Positions 22,705 through 36,984 of a stretch of DNA of 64,000 nucleotides are shown here, one piece after another. Position 1 is the stretch's first letter, and each line of letters begins with the position of its first letter. The translations under genes and the position numbers were made by a program. The notes under the pieces are model-generated. The model saw only the letters and a program-made list of their open reading frames with translations, did no database searches and was not told where the DNA came from. The stretch is from Camelus ferus (lineage: Eukaryota): positions 54,562,001-54,626,000 of the forward strand of contig NC_045696.1 in NCBI RefSeq assembly GCF_009834535.1. The letters are read 5' to 3'.

Positions 22705-25700
22705 GGTTCGAAGAGATATTGTATCCAGACTACATCTTCAAAATTTACACAGAACATATTTTAAAAGTATATTCAAATACATATTCTGACAATGGGACAG
22801 GATATGAGAAATCAGGACTATTCTGGATATCAGTGTTGTTTATCTGTTTTTACTTCTATTCCCTTTAATAGTCTGAATCACAATTATTTTACTTAGTATC
22901 TGAGTAATTTTGAAGAGTTCTTTTACCACACCAACTTTGAACTTCTTTATGTGTATCTTGCTTGCTAAAAATGACTTTTTGGTATAAATAGAAGCATATA
23001 TATGCAAAATGTTTAGCATAGTATTCATTACATAAATTGTTACCTTTGCCTTTTCTAATATTCCCAATGGAAAACAACTTTCTATTTCCCTAAAGTCTTT
23101 TTGACCTTTGAATAGAAGAGCACAGAAATCTCAAAGGTATCTTCACATTTTTCATATAGAGAAGCATATGCTATTGCTGAAAAGCTTCAAGTTCAATTCA
23201 GCCAAGTCTAAAGGTTTACATGGTGCCTATGTGGACACTGAGTTAAGCATGGACCTACAATATCTGTTTTGTCCAAGCATGGTGAAGGGCAAAGATCCAT
23301 TCCACACTTTAAGACAGCCAACCTTTTAGCAAATGAAGGGGAAAATTGAATTTAAGTCAGAAAGGAGAAACAAATCCTCCTGTCCGGTAAATTTCTTTAA
23401 TCAACAAAGTGGTTTTTCAAAACTCTCATTCAATGTCACTAAGCTCCCCCCTCCCACAGGTACACAAGGTCATAGTAGGCACTTATTTCAGACAAATCTG
23501 GAAGAGAACCTCTTAGGAAGAAACACCGAAAATTACACTGGAAAAAGAACTTGCCAAAATGGCACAAAGTCGTTAAGAAATATTTAATATACTCTCATTT
23601 ATCTCTAGATCAATTTTAGAACAGGAACAGAACCAATACAAAAGAAATATTATTAGTAGACCTGTCAACTATTAAGAGCTGCATATACTGTAATTCTCTG
23701 GCTTTCTCCCATGGTCCAAATATATGAGTGTTTGAAAAAAAAAAATAGGGTAAAAGCACATGTAATTTACCCAGTGATGTATCACAGCTTGCACTGCTAG
23801 GAAAGGTAAGTAAATGAGTAAATCTGTCAGTAAGCCCAGCATGAAATGAGGGTGGAGCTGGGATCACAAAGTAGTTATGTCACAAATAATGTAAGAAAAA
23901 AATACTGGTAATACACAAATTTAAGTCTGAAAAATAAAAAGCTTCTATTCACATATATTTTATTTTTATACTATTTTCTTTTCATACAACTCCAAATACT
24001 CTTTTTAGGTTTTCTTGTACATTGTGTCTGAACAATACTCAGATATTTGAATGAATATTAACAGATAATTTACATATCTGAGTATATTACCTACTCAACT
24101 CTAACTATGTAGATACTCTGAATTATTTTATTATTCAGAAATATCCAGCTATTTCATGACATTTAAAGGAAACAGTCATGTACTAAACTAAATTTTAAAC
24201 AACAGTATCATATGTTTCAATGAATAATTCTTTTTGTACATTTACTTTTGTGGTTTACTTTTTCCCTTAAGCTAGTGCTCAATTTCCTACTTATAATTTA
24301 CTGTGTGTGTGTGTATTTATATATATATATAAATATATATATAATTTTTTATTAAAAACTGTCTTCTCTACCATTACATTGATTCTCTTTTTAATTATTT
24401 TTGCCACCACTGTTTTCTCTTCTTTCCTTATCTTCTCATACTCTGTTCTTTCCCTCCCTTCTGCACTGTTTCTAGATCTTCTTCTCTACCTTTGTGCATT
24501 ATGCTGTTTAGTCTCTTTCTCTTTGGGAAAAATTCTCAGAAAGCAACATTATCTTTCTATAACTGTTACTTTAAGATTGGGATGGAGAAAAAAGAAAGAC
24601 CGCATATACCTCTCCTCAGCCATTGCTGAGGTCTTCAGGGGATGTTTATTTCTCCCTTTACTTTAGCAGGAATTGAGAGTGGGTGGGCATGACCAGGGTA
24701 GGCAACATGTTTACTCATCCACAGAACTCTACAATTGGTGTTTTGTTTCTCTTTTATATGTGACAGAAGAGTTGCCATAGATGGCAGAGGAGCTTACCTA
24801 GTCCATAGAGCAAAAGTAACAGAATTGCATCACTTATGTGACATTTTAATAAACTGGGTGTTTGTTTATACACTATATAAACAGACAAATCTATACATAT
24901 CTTCTAATCGATTAAGTAATTAAACACAATTCATGTGTAAATGCCTATTTTATCTGCAGTGTGATTTCCATAAACTTAATTTTTCAGAGTATGGCTTCCT
25001 CACATTAAACCTTCTCAAATGGATTTTCACAATCTCCAGACTCTGAAGCATAAATCAGAAATCTGTTCTTCCAGCCCTAATGCGTTGAGAACATTCTGTG
25101 ACTGTCAGATTTCTCTGCTAGCAGCTTTAGTTACCATAGCTTCTCAAGCCATTCTTTTTTTTTTTTTTTATGTTCCTCTACAGAAAATTGTACAACAAAC
25201 CCTCTGTTCTCTTTTCTGTTCCATCACTGATTTAAGGTTGACCTAGAAAAATTAAAGAAGTTTAATTTTAAGTCAAGCACATGTTTAAGGGAGAGGTGAG
25301 TTCACTTGAAATATATGTTGGCTGAGTCTAGACATGTAAAACAAAGTGAAGGAGACAACATCTAGACATACTATGGCAAAAACATATGTCTGAACTATCT
25401 TGAGGACTGAGGCCAGACTTTGTAAAATGTTACTTTTTGGTAGGACTAAAATGCATATGGATTTTCCATTTCACTTTGCATGAGCAGAGAGAACCTATGA
25501 TAACGATTTTGTTTTTACCTACTACTTTCTTTCTTTACATAACTCAAAAGATTTAACAGATATTGTTTAATCTTCTTAGGGATTTTTAAAAATTTTAATA
25601 TTCTCTCTATTGTCACTCAGACACTTAAAAACAACTATAAAATTATTTTTTCATTACATTGACCTGTGACACTAAAAGTAGTAAAATTCCATAGTGGTAA

Positions 25701-27649
25701 AAATGTAGAAGCCATTAGTAGAAGTTGTTGGTATAATCAGAGCCACTCCTGCAGGGTACACTGGTAATCCAAGTGTTAGAATGCCTCTGTCTCCTTTTTT
25801 GGCATTTTACTTGATGATTTCACTTAAATCCATCCCCCAACACACACACACATACTTACACATACAGGGACACACATACCCTTCTCTAGTTCTTATTCTT
25901 TAGGCTCTCTGAATTACTGAGTCTCAAGCAAAACAAAGTTCAGAAAAAGGTTTTGATAAATCCACTTAAACTAAGGTTAAATGGCTGATAATGCTTAACT
26001 CACTTTTCTAGGGTAACCTTTTAGACATCTCTAAATCTGGTTTTGAAAATGTTAGTATTAGGGTGAAAGGTAGAGAAGGCTTTTTTTCAGGTGACTAAGA
26101 TGATATCATTTATCTTCTCCATCTTAGAACCAGGTTTTTGCTCAGAGTTTAATTTGTTTTAAACAATGCAAAAGTCTTTATGTTGTACCTTTATAGAAGA
26201 GATTATGATGATGTAATCTCTAAATAAGTAATTATGCATCCTGGTTGACATCTGTAATTTATAATACTTCATAATTGTATCTTGTTTCCCTCTAAAGATG
26301 ATCCTGTATTGGACAACAAATTATATGTCAACCTATGAATAAGAGAAAAACTTAGTTTCCGTATATAGTCATCAGATACATTTTTCCCTACCCTCTTGCT
26401 CTCTCTCTGGCATTAAAATGTGGCTTTTTGGGGGAAGTATCTCACACGTCTCCTACCACTTCTTGTAACCATAGAACCCCCTTCCTGTTTTCTTCCCTGA
26501 TTATGACACTCTTTCATCTCATGCTAGACAGCCTTATCTCTCAGTTCCTCCTCTTACTCCCAGGCAACCAGGGCAAAATAGAAGACAGAGAAAGAGGCTC
26601 ACAGAGAAGACTTGGCCCTAAGAAACTCTAAGGTAACTGAAAACTTACTAGCATTTTGTTCTTCCCCTATCCTGTTTGGTACCTAATATTCTGCCCCCAA
26701 ACAAATATGTTTTTAGAAAAGTACCCAATACAAATAATTTTTCATATTACCACCCAGTTAGGTATCAGACACTAAAAGTAAATGAGGTTGGAGTTCATAG
26801 CTGTTCAGCATGTATATATAAACACATATATAAATGACTTTCTGGGTAAATGTTACCAGTTCTTACTCTCCAAGTATACCCATGTTTGGTTTCTTCTGTG
26901 CCAATTAAAAGAACATTTAACGAGTAAGAAAGACCTTTAATTTCCAGCTTATTCTATTCTCTAACACTTTGATTTAATACAGGAAGAATTAGGGAAAGTG
27001 AGGCAATACTTAAAGATTGATGCCAAAAGCCAGGGAGAAGCACTTTCTTTTCCTTATTAGTCACAACTGGGGAGAAACCAAAAAAAAAAAAAACCAAAAA
27101 AACGAATCAAAGCATAGTTTTCTACCTTAATATTCAAGCAAGCTTACTTTGTCCTGAAATTCTTCTAAAGGTAGAAAAGGGAATCCCAGCCAAATCATTG
27201 TTTCATCCCAAGAAGCTACACATGCTGACCACAGGTATCAGACACCTGCCATTTCTATTGTACCTCATAAATTTTATCTGAGTCTTGTCCCATTTCTACA
27301 TTCTTTTGGTTGGTCCTTAAGGGGTCTTTTACCAACTATAGCCTTATTTAGAAACTCTCTGTAAGAGTAGGAATCCTCTAAATTTTATTTACCCTGAGTG
27401 AATGACCCTTCTGATGTTATGAACCATATGTCAAATTACTCATTGTCAGTGAGACCTTAAGCTTCCCCCCGCCAAAAAAGATGAAGTGTTTTTGGATTTA
27501 GGGAATAGGGGAGGTTTCAGGATAGGAAGGGGCAATACTCAGGAAAAAACAGATGAAGATATTAAATATATCCTCTCACATAGCTGGTAAGTAAAACTAC
27601 ACAGATTTGGGGGAAAGGATGCAGAGAAGTGGGCATTCTTTCATGTATC

Positions 27650-27950
27650 TGTTCATTATTGAGTATCTATTATGTGCTTAGCATTTTTTCTAGATGATGA
27701 GGATTCACTGCTGAGTAAGACTGGCAAATACCCATGGGAAGATTCAATCAACAAAAATAACATCAGATGGTAATAAATTCTACGGAGACATTTAGCAAGA
27801 ATGATAGGATAAAACGTGCTGCAGTCATTCTGATCAGTTGGTTCGTAAAGGCCTCCTTTGGAAGGTGGTATTTGAGTTGAAATCAAAATGATACGAAACA
27901 ATCAGCTCTAAGAAGATCCAGGTACATATTCAGTGCAGAAAGACAAATTG
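27650..27950 (-). mobile_element. L2 fragment including 3' end
   Basis: tattgagtatctattatgtgc...ggcctcctttggaaggtggtatttgagttgaaatc (antisense L2). Confidence 0.7.
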
Positions 27951-30126
27951 CAGAAAGGAAAGAGGATGCAGGGAATACAGGCGTCCAAGCACAGGACTCC
28001 TTTGTAGAGCTGACTATTCTTGGCATCTAGACAGGATCAGCTAGATCAAGGGTTTTCAGTGGGTTCTACATACTAAGATGAACAAAAGTAGTTGCATAAA
28101 CTTTACATTGCCAATTTCAAGAAAAACAAAAACAAAATGGGAAGTTAAATTATTCTGATTGCCCTTAAAAAGACCGACCTAAACACTTCATTCAAAGAGA
28201 TCTGGACAGACGAGGATAGGGACTGATTTTGAGGCTATAGCTAACTGGAGCAAATGGCAAATCCTTGGGTAGCAGGAGGCAGAGTTTTGCCTACTCTGCC
28301 AAAGAAAGAGCTCCAGCTAGGACCCACCCACTGGATGACCCTGGGTTTCCCATCTGCTTCCTTTCTTTTTTCTCCCAGGACTTTTCAGGCGCTTTAAATC
28401 TCCAGCACTCTGTGGTCTAACTCTTCTCTTCTCTTGAGACCTGCTTCTGCCCCTCCCAAATTGTCTGTCATGAAGGGTTACTATTTACATATTCAGGAAC
28501 TTTGGAATACATCTGTCTTACAGTAGTTTTCTTTCCAAAAGATTGTTTTTATCCATGTCAGCAAAATAGAATCTGTAAGCTCTGTCAGGAGGATTTGGAA
28601 ATAGTCTTGTTATACAGAACCAAATGTTAAAATGGTATTTGTGAAAACTGAATTTTACCTGTGTAGAATTTATTATGCATTCTCTCTTCATATGATATAT
28701 TTTCTCATTTTTATGTGTTCTTTTACTGAATGAGTATGTTCATCTGACTGTAGGCTACCAAAAGATTCGTTTAATCCATCCACTACTTTCACATTATACT
28801 GCTCCATAAGAAGAAATACATTTCTCATTGTTTGCTACTGACACAGCATTATTTATTAACCAACACAAATGAATTAAGAACCCATTTTTGCTCCTGACAT
28901 GTGTGACTGCTTACACATGGTGATGGCCTTCTTTTCAACTCATTTTGAAGACCCAGGGATGAATAAATACTCTAGCCTGCCACGACTGCCCAAGATGTAT
29001 TACCTCTAAATGTGATAAAAATCACTAATTCCTATAAAGGAAATAGGAGGAAAAGTAGAAAAGTAAAATCATTAAACTGGAGAACAGAATTCTCTTCAGT
29101 GCATATGGAAACAAGTCATTTGGGCTCTAGAATCTCCTCCGTCTATGAAGTTTATCAGACATAATCTTACACGTGGTGGTTACAGAGTCAAACTGTTGAA
29201 ACAGTAAGATATTACTGTTGGCACTATGCTTCAGATTCATATTTGTATAAAAAGGACTTTGTGAACAGACCTGGGAACTGAATGTGGAGTATTATTCTGA
29301 TGGGAAAATGTATTCCAAATTTCAACCTGCCTTCCAAATTAATTTGTGCTGTGAAACGGATTTGCAAATTAGAGGCTTACAAGGACAGAATATGTCTTAG
29401 TTGTTAAGAGAAGGCCGAACAAATTTTATGCACACTCAACAAGGGTCCAGTGTGTACCTACTCTGTGCTCTGTACTGTACAAGTTTCTGTGGGGAGTAAA
29501 TAACACAAGCTGACATAGTTCCTGTCCTGAAAAATATTACAATCTGAGAAAACAGTATATGCACATAGAGGATAACAGAATATTGTACATAATTAAATGC
29601 TAACAAAATTATTGTCCATTTTTAACAGAACTACACTGAAATCAAACTAACCTGATGTTACCAAGTAGTTAAATATACCAAGCTCAAAGTATCTTTTACA
29701 GTCAACGCATGTCTTGACAAGCTTGGCTAATTTCACTCTGTCTGATTCTCCATGGTTGCCCACACAACTGCACTGCTGAGACTAGAAAATGCCCCCAGGT
29801 GACTGAGTGAAACACTTTCTGCATCCCTAGGTATAATTTCCCCACATTGCTAGACAGACCTGGCTAAACTTAACCACTTAGGACGAGATGAAGGAAGTAT
29901 AGTGAGAATAGTTTCAAGCAAAGCTGATGACCCTTTGGAAAAAGAAGAGCCCTTCTTACGGCATCATGGAGACACGGAAGCAGTTGGCCAGTGGTACTGC
30001 TGGGAAGGGCAGGGACAGACCTATTATGTCCAATCCCCAGGTCTTCACCTCTATCTTCCTGGCAGAACATAAAAGGAAGTGTTTTTATGCTCTCTTGTCG
30101 TCTCTGTTCTGAAAATTCCTGTGGAA

Positions 30127-30145
30127 TGGCGCCCCCTGGAGCTCG
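30127..30145 (-). promoter_or_regulatory. Candidate CTCF binding site
   Basis: Minus strand reads CGAGCTCCAGGGGGCGCCA, a close match to the CTCF core (CCASYAGRKGGCRS), with CpGs retained in otherwise CpG-poor DNA. Motif match only. Confidence 0.6.
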
Positions 30146-31399
30146 GCAATGGAGCAATGGGTGCTGCTCTTCACTCAGAGTTGGTTAAGTTCAAGGTTTG
30201 TTTTAAATTTTGATGATAGTTTTCCTCTCGATACCAATATTTACAATGATGATGTGCCCCAGGGATCATTCTGTCAACAATGATATTGTGATAGCGAGCC
30301 CAAGGCACCATCGCAAGGACACTACAGCCTTGTTGTCATGCACATTAAGAAGCACCTGATGGGAACTTTGAAAGCAGCCTGGGCATATAGAAAAGAGTCT
30401 CCACGTTAGAAAGATAATTTCAACTTATCTTCAAAGAGAAGAACCTCTGTCCTCTTAGCCAATACTCAAAACAAGGAAGACACTGAAAATAGCACCGAAG
30501 GAAAACAAACTCATGACACAGAATGAAACAACCTCAGCTACTATTTTTTACTATTTTTAGCTTTGTAATTGGGCAGTCTTTTCTGTACATATTTAAGGAC
30601 ATTCTTTTCTCTATAAGTTCATCAAGCACAATATTGACTCATCATAAATTCTTTTCAAGTCTGTCTGACTCCCTCAAAAATTTCTAAGCTTATTAAAGCA
30701 AAAAGAGGAGTGAAACTTTGATATGAATTCACGTGTATTTCTGCTCTGGTAGCCAAGCATTCTCAAACTGGGTGTAGGTTTCCTAATTTGCAGAATGGCT
30801 AACATATTCCCTATCTACACCCAAGTATCTCTGCTACTAATTCCTCTTCTTTGACCTATTCGACAATGACCATAATTATAAGATACAGGCTTAATGTGCC
30901 TCACTCATCATTTAGATGATCTATAATTTCTTATCTTAGCAAGAATCCATCAAACTAGGTTAGGGATGGTAAATAAGTTTTGAGTTCATATGCCAGTAGG
31001 TGGCTGGAGAGATGAGCTGAGAAAAATTCAGAGGCCAAATCCCAGTTCAGAGGAAACATGTACCAGCAGTAGTTCTCATGAACAAGGGAACTGCACAGGA
31101 CTCCCTTTGAGTCTTCTCAACACTAAGATAACCAGTTTTATCTAAACAAATAAAACAAGAAAGCTGATCAAAAAGTTACTTGGCATTATGAATGTGAAAA
31201 ATAGACGTTAGTACTAATTTTTTCATTTAGAAGTACTGACATTTCAAAGACTTGGCAAATATCTGAGACTAAATCTTGCTTGAAGAGCAGAAGTTAGAAA
31301 CAAAGCAGACACATTTTTCACATCATTCTATTCTGTGCATAAACTAAGTAATGTAAAGGTCTTAGTGAAACAATATGGATCTTAAATTCAGCTTAAATT

Positions 31400-32860
31400 C
31401 AGGTTACTAAAAATTAATGTTCTAACAGAGAAAAAATATCAAAAAACCTTTTGGCAACTTTCGGAAGTATTCAATATAAATCCACAATTTTAAAATATAT
31501 TTAAACACACACACACACACACACACACACCCCTTCTGTTCATTTAAAGCTTCTGGAATCAATGGTTTCCAGGCAGTACTGAACATATCTAGCTCCATAT
31601 CTTGGTTTCTAAATACCATTCATTGATAGAAGGCAATAGGGCTCCTTGGATAAATGACCAATTCCAGATCTGGGTTAGGGGAAGTGCAAAGTATACCCAG
31701 CATCTTGTGCTGGAAAGCAAGTAAGTTCTCAGAGATCAACAGGAACTTATGAAAAAATCGAGAGAGTTTTAAGAGGCTCTCAACTGTTCAAACAATTTGG
31801 CCACCAAAAAGAATAATGGCCCTAACTAATTATATGACACTAATTAGAAAGTTTATGTCCATTTTGATACTATAAATAAAGAGAACATAAAATAAACACA
31901 TAAAATATATGCTATATTTAAAGGTGACTTTTACACAAATTTCGTTCTCTGAAAATTGGTATTTGAATGGAAAGAACCAATCCTTTTTCTATGGTAGGAA
32001 TCAGAGTTCATCCCTATCATGTTGAAGAAAAAACATTACAGAAAAATGCCAGAGATCAATGTAGAAGAAATGATAAAATGAGAAAATCACCACTCAGCAA
32101 CCATGAATGAAATAACTGATTCAGAAAGCCAGAATGATCAGAGTATAGAAATCACTAGGTAAAAACGTGATCGTGCTAAATTATCACCCCATAGTTTGCT
32201 TGCTAATATTGAAGGAGGAAATACATAATGGAGAGATCTAATAGTCGTCATCACAACCAATAGAACGGATCTAGTATGACTAAAAGTCGGATAATCTGAT
32301 ATCATGTACTTCTTACACAGATGTAATATGAAGTATTCAGCCTTGTTTATTAAAAATTTTTGCCAGAAAAGTTTTACATTAGTCTGACTAAGCTTTGAGA
32401 TAAACCACCACCAGAAAACAGGCAAATGAAGAATGTGGTACATGTCACATTAAAATTGAACTAATTTCTTTAAAAAATGTCAGGAAAGAAAATTTTCTTA
32501 TATAGTTGAAGCTCTTCATAGATTAAAAGAGACAAAACAAAATGTAGGAAAGCTGCTTGGAGTAGCTGAAAAAAGTTATAAAAATATTGACAACTGGAAG
32601 AATGATTATAGATCTTTATAGATGTTATAAGGAATTACTATTTATTCTCTTAGATCTGGTGACAGTATTGTGGAAGTATTTGAATTTGCCATTATTAAGA
32701 GATATTTGTTAAGTATGTAGTAGTATCTATTTCAAAAAGTAACATTAGTGGTAATTACGTCAAAATGTTAGCTAAATTTCGGTCCTGAGTATACAGGTGA
32801 TCATTATTCATTTCTTTTAGCTATTCTGTATTTGGGGAAAATTAAAAATAAAAAGTAAAA
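31400..32860 (+). mobile_element. Old L1 3'UTR (L1MC4/5-like), with internal (CA)n
   Basis: atcttggtttctaaataccatt, gggctccttggataaatg, gaaatgataaaatgagaaaatcacca and the ending ctgtatttggggaaaattaaaaataaaaagt are characteristic of L1MC 3' regions. Confidence 0.75.
31506..31530. repeat. (AC)n microsatellite
   Basis: Seen directly. Confidence 0.95.
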
Positions 32861-34429
32861 AATATTAATATGTTAGATTCTTAAGATGGATAAAAAGCCT
32901 CAAGCATGAAGAAAAACGGTTAGACTCACAGAGACCTTTTATCTTCTCAGCAGAACACAGAGCCCTGCGTATGGTACTGGGCTCCTTTAGCATTCTTTAC
33001 TCCTTGATGATTTCTTCCATCTATATGCCAGCAATAAAATATTAGGGGCTTTGATTCTTGACTCATTAAATAGAGCACATTCTCACTCCACTCTGACCTG
33101 CGCTGGGGCCAGTTTAAGGAGCAATCTGTCATGAGATCATTAAATAGCAACTGGCTAAGAAGGTGAAGATACTCATCTAAAATTAATATCTTGACCTTTT
33201 CCACAAGGACCTAGAAAGGAATATTTTAGTGTCTGTAACTGGGAGGGCAGCTCCACCTGTACACTGTGTTTCCCAAATGTGGTCATTAGAGAAACAGAGC
33301 CCAGAAGGAGGGATACAGGGGGCAATCAATGTTTCAGGAACCCACTCTTGGTTGAAGGAATGTCTCAGGCTACCTGCAAAGGGTGGGTTTGGGAAGAAGC
33401 AAAGCAGGTTACTTACCAACAGCTAATCTAATGCATGGCCTGAGACAACTCATGAGGCTAGAGAGAGGGCAGGCAGAAATAAAATCTTATGGAAACAGGT
33501 TGTGGCTGCAGGACATTGCAGAAGACTCAAGATGTTGTGGGGGCCAATGTCAAATGATTCAACCTTAATCCAGCACAGCCAGGGCTATCTAATAAATGAG
33601 ACAACGCCTTACTTTCATCATTGTCAGAGACAAATATGAATACAAAGCCAAACATTTAGCAAATGCCAGTAAACTCTGAGTCAGAAAGGCAAATCCTCAG
33701 ATTCATGAGTAACCTTTACGGGGAACTCAGTGATGCCATTTCGAAGGTGAAATAGATATAATAAGAAATCCTCTGATCCTCAGAGAAACACATTTAAAAA
33801 TGAAAACCAATACTTATCTGCCCTCCTCTCTCAACTCTTTGTAATCTCCAAGTTGTAGAGAGCTCTGGGAGTACCTGTAGGGGCCAGTGAAGATTCACAA
33901 TAATTTCTTCTTTTTATTTCTCTCGTTTCTAAACCTTAACCTTTTCAAAGATTGCTAATATGGAAGGAAATTCTGATTTCACAGTTATCTTTGCCACATA
34001 GCCAGTGATGCACACTTTGGGAGAGGACAAGAAGTCATGAAAATGATGCTCTGAATAATCTAAGAATGTTTCTTGAAGGATGCCACAGCCTTATCACCAC
34101 TCTGTACTATTGCAGATTGAATTTAAAATAAACACCATCGACCAGATACTGGCTGGTCACCAGGCAAAATATATTCTATAAAAAGTGAACATACATGAAT
34201 ATGATCTAGCTTATTGTAAATGTTCTTTAAGTCTTAAATGCACTTAAATTTAATTGGACAAAGTAGTAAGCCAAAGGGTCTCCACTAGTTCATGAGACAG
34301 AGGAGCCAGGGTTGAGTTGTAATGAAGCAATATTCTCTACCAACATGATCATAAACACCTGTCTCATCAGTTTGTTGTGAGGAGTAACAGGCATAGTCAA
34401 CGTAGTTCATTTAGTTCATAAGAATTATG

Positions 34430-34590
34430 CCTACAAGACCCATTACCAACAAATTACTTTTTTCCATTGTAATTACAAGGAAACTGAATCTTAGAAAAGA
34501 CAGGTTAAGCAACTTGCCCAAGGTTATGTAAGTATGAAGTGATAGATGTAGGTTTTAAATCCAGATTTCTATGAATTCAGATTTAGTTCT
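34430..34590 (-). mobile_element. MIR fragment
   Basis: aaggaaactgaatc...aggttaagcaacttgcccaaggttat...ttttaaatccagattt. Confidence 0.75.
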
Positions 34591-36984
34591 AAAGTCATCC
34601 ATTTATCAAAAAATATGTCCCTAGAGGTCTCATATAGTGTCTTCAATTCCCACCACGATAAAAGGGCACTACACTATCATCTCCTATTGGCTTACCCGAC
34701 CACTACAGAAACCCTGGTGAGAGCAGCTATGTGGAGAAGGTAAACATTGATGCTGAGTAGAAATTTCAGGAGGATCTCAATGTTCGTAAGGATGGGAAGA
34801 TTAGGAAGGTTTCTGTAGGAAGAAGTCTTGGAAGTTTTAGGATAGACTACTGGGTGAGGGGAGAAGAGGTGGTGATGGAGACGGAAATTCCTGAAGTGAG
34901 GATAAGAATACAATGCATCCTGAATGTAGTGTTTAAATTGCTGCTCACTTCCTTATTTTCTATCCTGAACCCTGTTAGACTCATGGATCACCAATCAGAT
35001 CCCTCAATTGTATCTTTTTATAATGTGAAAGTTGGCCAAACTCATTTAAAATTTTAGAAAATGCAGCATTTAGAAAAAACATGAAAAAATTTTCTGCCAA
35101 AATATGACAACTGTTAACATTTTTATCTCTTTCCTTCCAGCTCTTTTTTCTCCCTATGCCTATAATTTGGGACGTCTGAGAAACAGTTAAGATGATAAAA
35201 CACACACACATGTGAATCTTCTTTTCTGTTACATTATAGGCATTTCCCATATTATTTCTCTATAGGATTTAATGGGCTAAAATCACAGCCAAGTTGTTCC
35301 TCCCACCTCCCTCGATATAAGTTGTTTCTCTCTCTCTTTTACTCATTCTCTTTTGTCCCTCCATCGCATCCCTACCAAAGCAGCAGTTACAACATTGTAA
35401 ATTACTGGGTAGGAGGAAACAACATCACAAGGGCCCTAGGAGCTGGACCACAATCTCACAAGTCATAGCTCTATTGTGCAAGAGGTCACTCTGGATTGAC
35501 TGCCCATTTTTCTTTACCTTCCTCTTCTGGGAGGTAAAAAGGTAATGAACCAAAAGGAAGAATCACATAAAATGAAACTTTCTGAAGTAATGCTTCTGAC
35601 CTACTGCATTTAGCTCCCTCTAGGGAGGAGGTACATTATCCATTCTACTCAAATCATGTGGAATGTCTGGGCCATGAGCCCCTGGAATGTGAAAAGCAGG
35701 TCAAAATGTTATAGCTCGATCATTATTCAATCTTTGCAATGAGAGTGGATTATAAATCCATTTTTATATTAGTGCTGTATTGCAAAAGTCACCTCCAATG
35801 ATCTATTTACCAATTCAATCTGTGTTTCTCATCATAGGTGAATACTAAATAAACAAATAGGCACAATACAGTAACAAGAACTGACTGACCTCTGACACAC
35901 AGAAATTCGTTTTTGTTTTTTTTTAAATACTGAGAAAGAGGCAAATTTCATAGGTTAAAATGAAAGATTTATCCTAAATTTAGTACTGGTCTTGCAAGAG
36001 AACCTAACATTATTGACACATTTTGTTGTCGTTGTTGTTTGCTTTTAGTTTTTGGTGGTGACGTTAAAAAAAATCAATGCAAAATAAATATTTAAGTTTC
36101 ACTCTTGCCTCTTTAAGGATACAGGAGAGATATCGTTAGTTGTTCAAATTAAACAAAGAGATGAGAGAAGAAAAATTACCAGTTTTCTATGAATTATGAT
36201 TTTAAAGCTCATATCCATCAACATGAATGTAGAAGGAAAGCATATCACTATACCCAAATGCATTATATGAACATGTAGATTTATAAAGTAGATGGCTCAG
36301 TAATGCTATTCATTTTGTGAAGGTCTCTGTTTTTTGTTTTTTTTTAAATAGTGTGTTTCTTTTAATAGCATTCTCCACTGGAAAATGTAAATATATGAAA
36401 ATGGACAGCATGATTTCAAGAATATGTCTGTAAGAAAACAGGATTCACAAGCAGGCAATGTAACATGTCACTGGTACAGTACGCTTATAAATGGCAATGT
36501 TATGGCATTAGTGGCCAACACATGGTCCATATAATGCACCCTTATGCAAGAATGCTATTTTCTCATGGTCATCAATGCCCAGGTACATACTCTAGCCCAG
36601 AATAGCTTATTTGTAAACTTCTGCTCGTAGCATACTTCTATGATCCATTCATACTTATAATAAATCAATCATCTCAGGACCAAACACCAACCCAGTGGAT
36701 GTCAGCCTTGTCTGAGTGTGTCTGAGAGCGGTGGTATGCAACAGTGAAGGAAGAAAGGAGAGACACGTCAACATCAGCTAGAAACGTTAAAAAAAAAGTC
36801 TTCCAGGCCCTGTTCCCCTGCTTTGATAGGCAGGTAAGGTGGACGGGGTCATGAGTACACATTACATTTATATTGCTAAAAGCTTCAGAGACAATGATGA
36901 TTCATTTCCTACAATAAGCACCACTGCCTTAACCATTAAACAAAACGCATCTGAACAAGTTTTTAGTAATTGAGTTTAAGACTC

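Noticed and set aside
24307..24666. Hydrophobic 119-aa ORF resembling a membrane protein
   Set aside because: It arises from a T/C-rich low-complexity tract and a microsatellite, with a non-ATG start.
17289..26035. Identical 17-mer ttttagacatctctaaa at ~17289 and ~26019
   Set aside because: One such AT-rich match is plausible by chance in 64 kb, and the flanks do not extend the alignment.
29100..29203. Open frame between AG and GTAAGA (CIWKQVIWALESPPSMKF...)
   Set aside because: Weak splice context and no recognisable peptide.
36807..36833. 27-nt segment encoding ALFPCFDRQ before GTAAGG, reminiscent of the M1 aminopeptidase FPCFDEP motif
   Set aside because: The acceptor has an A-rich rather than pyrimidine tract, the match is too short, and no other aminopeptidase exons are present.
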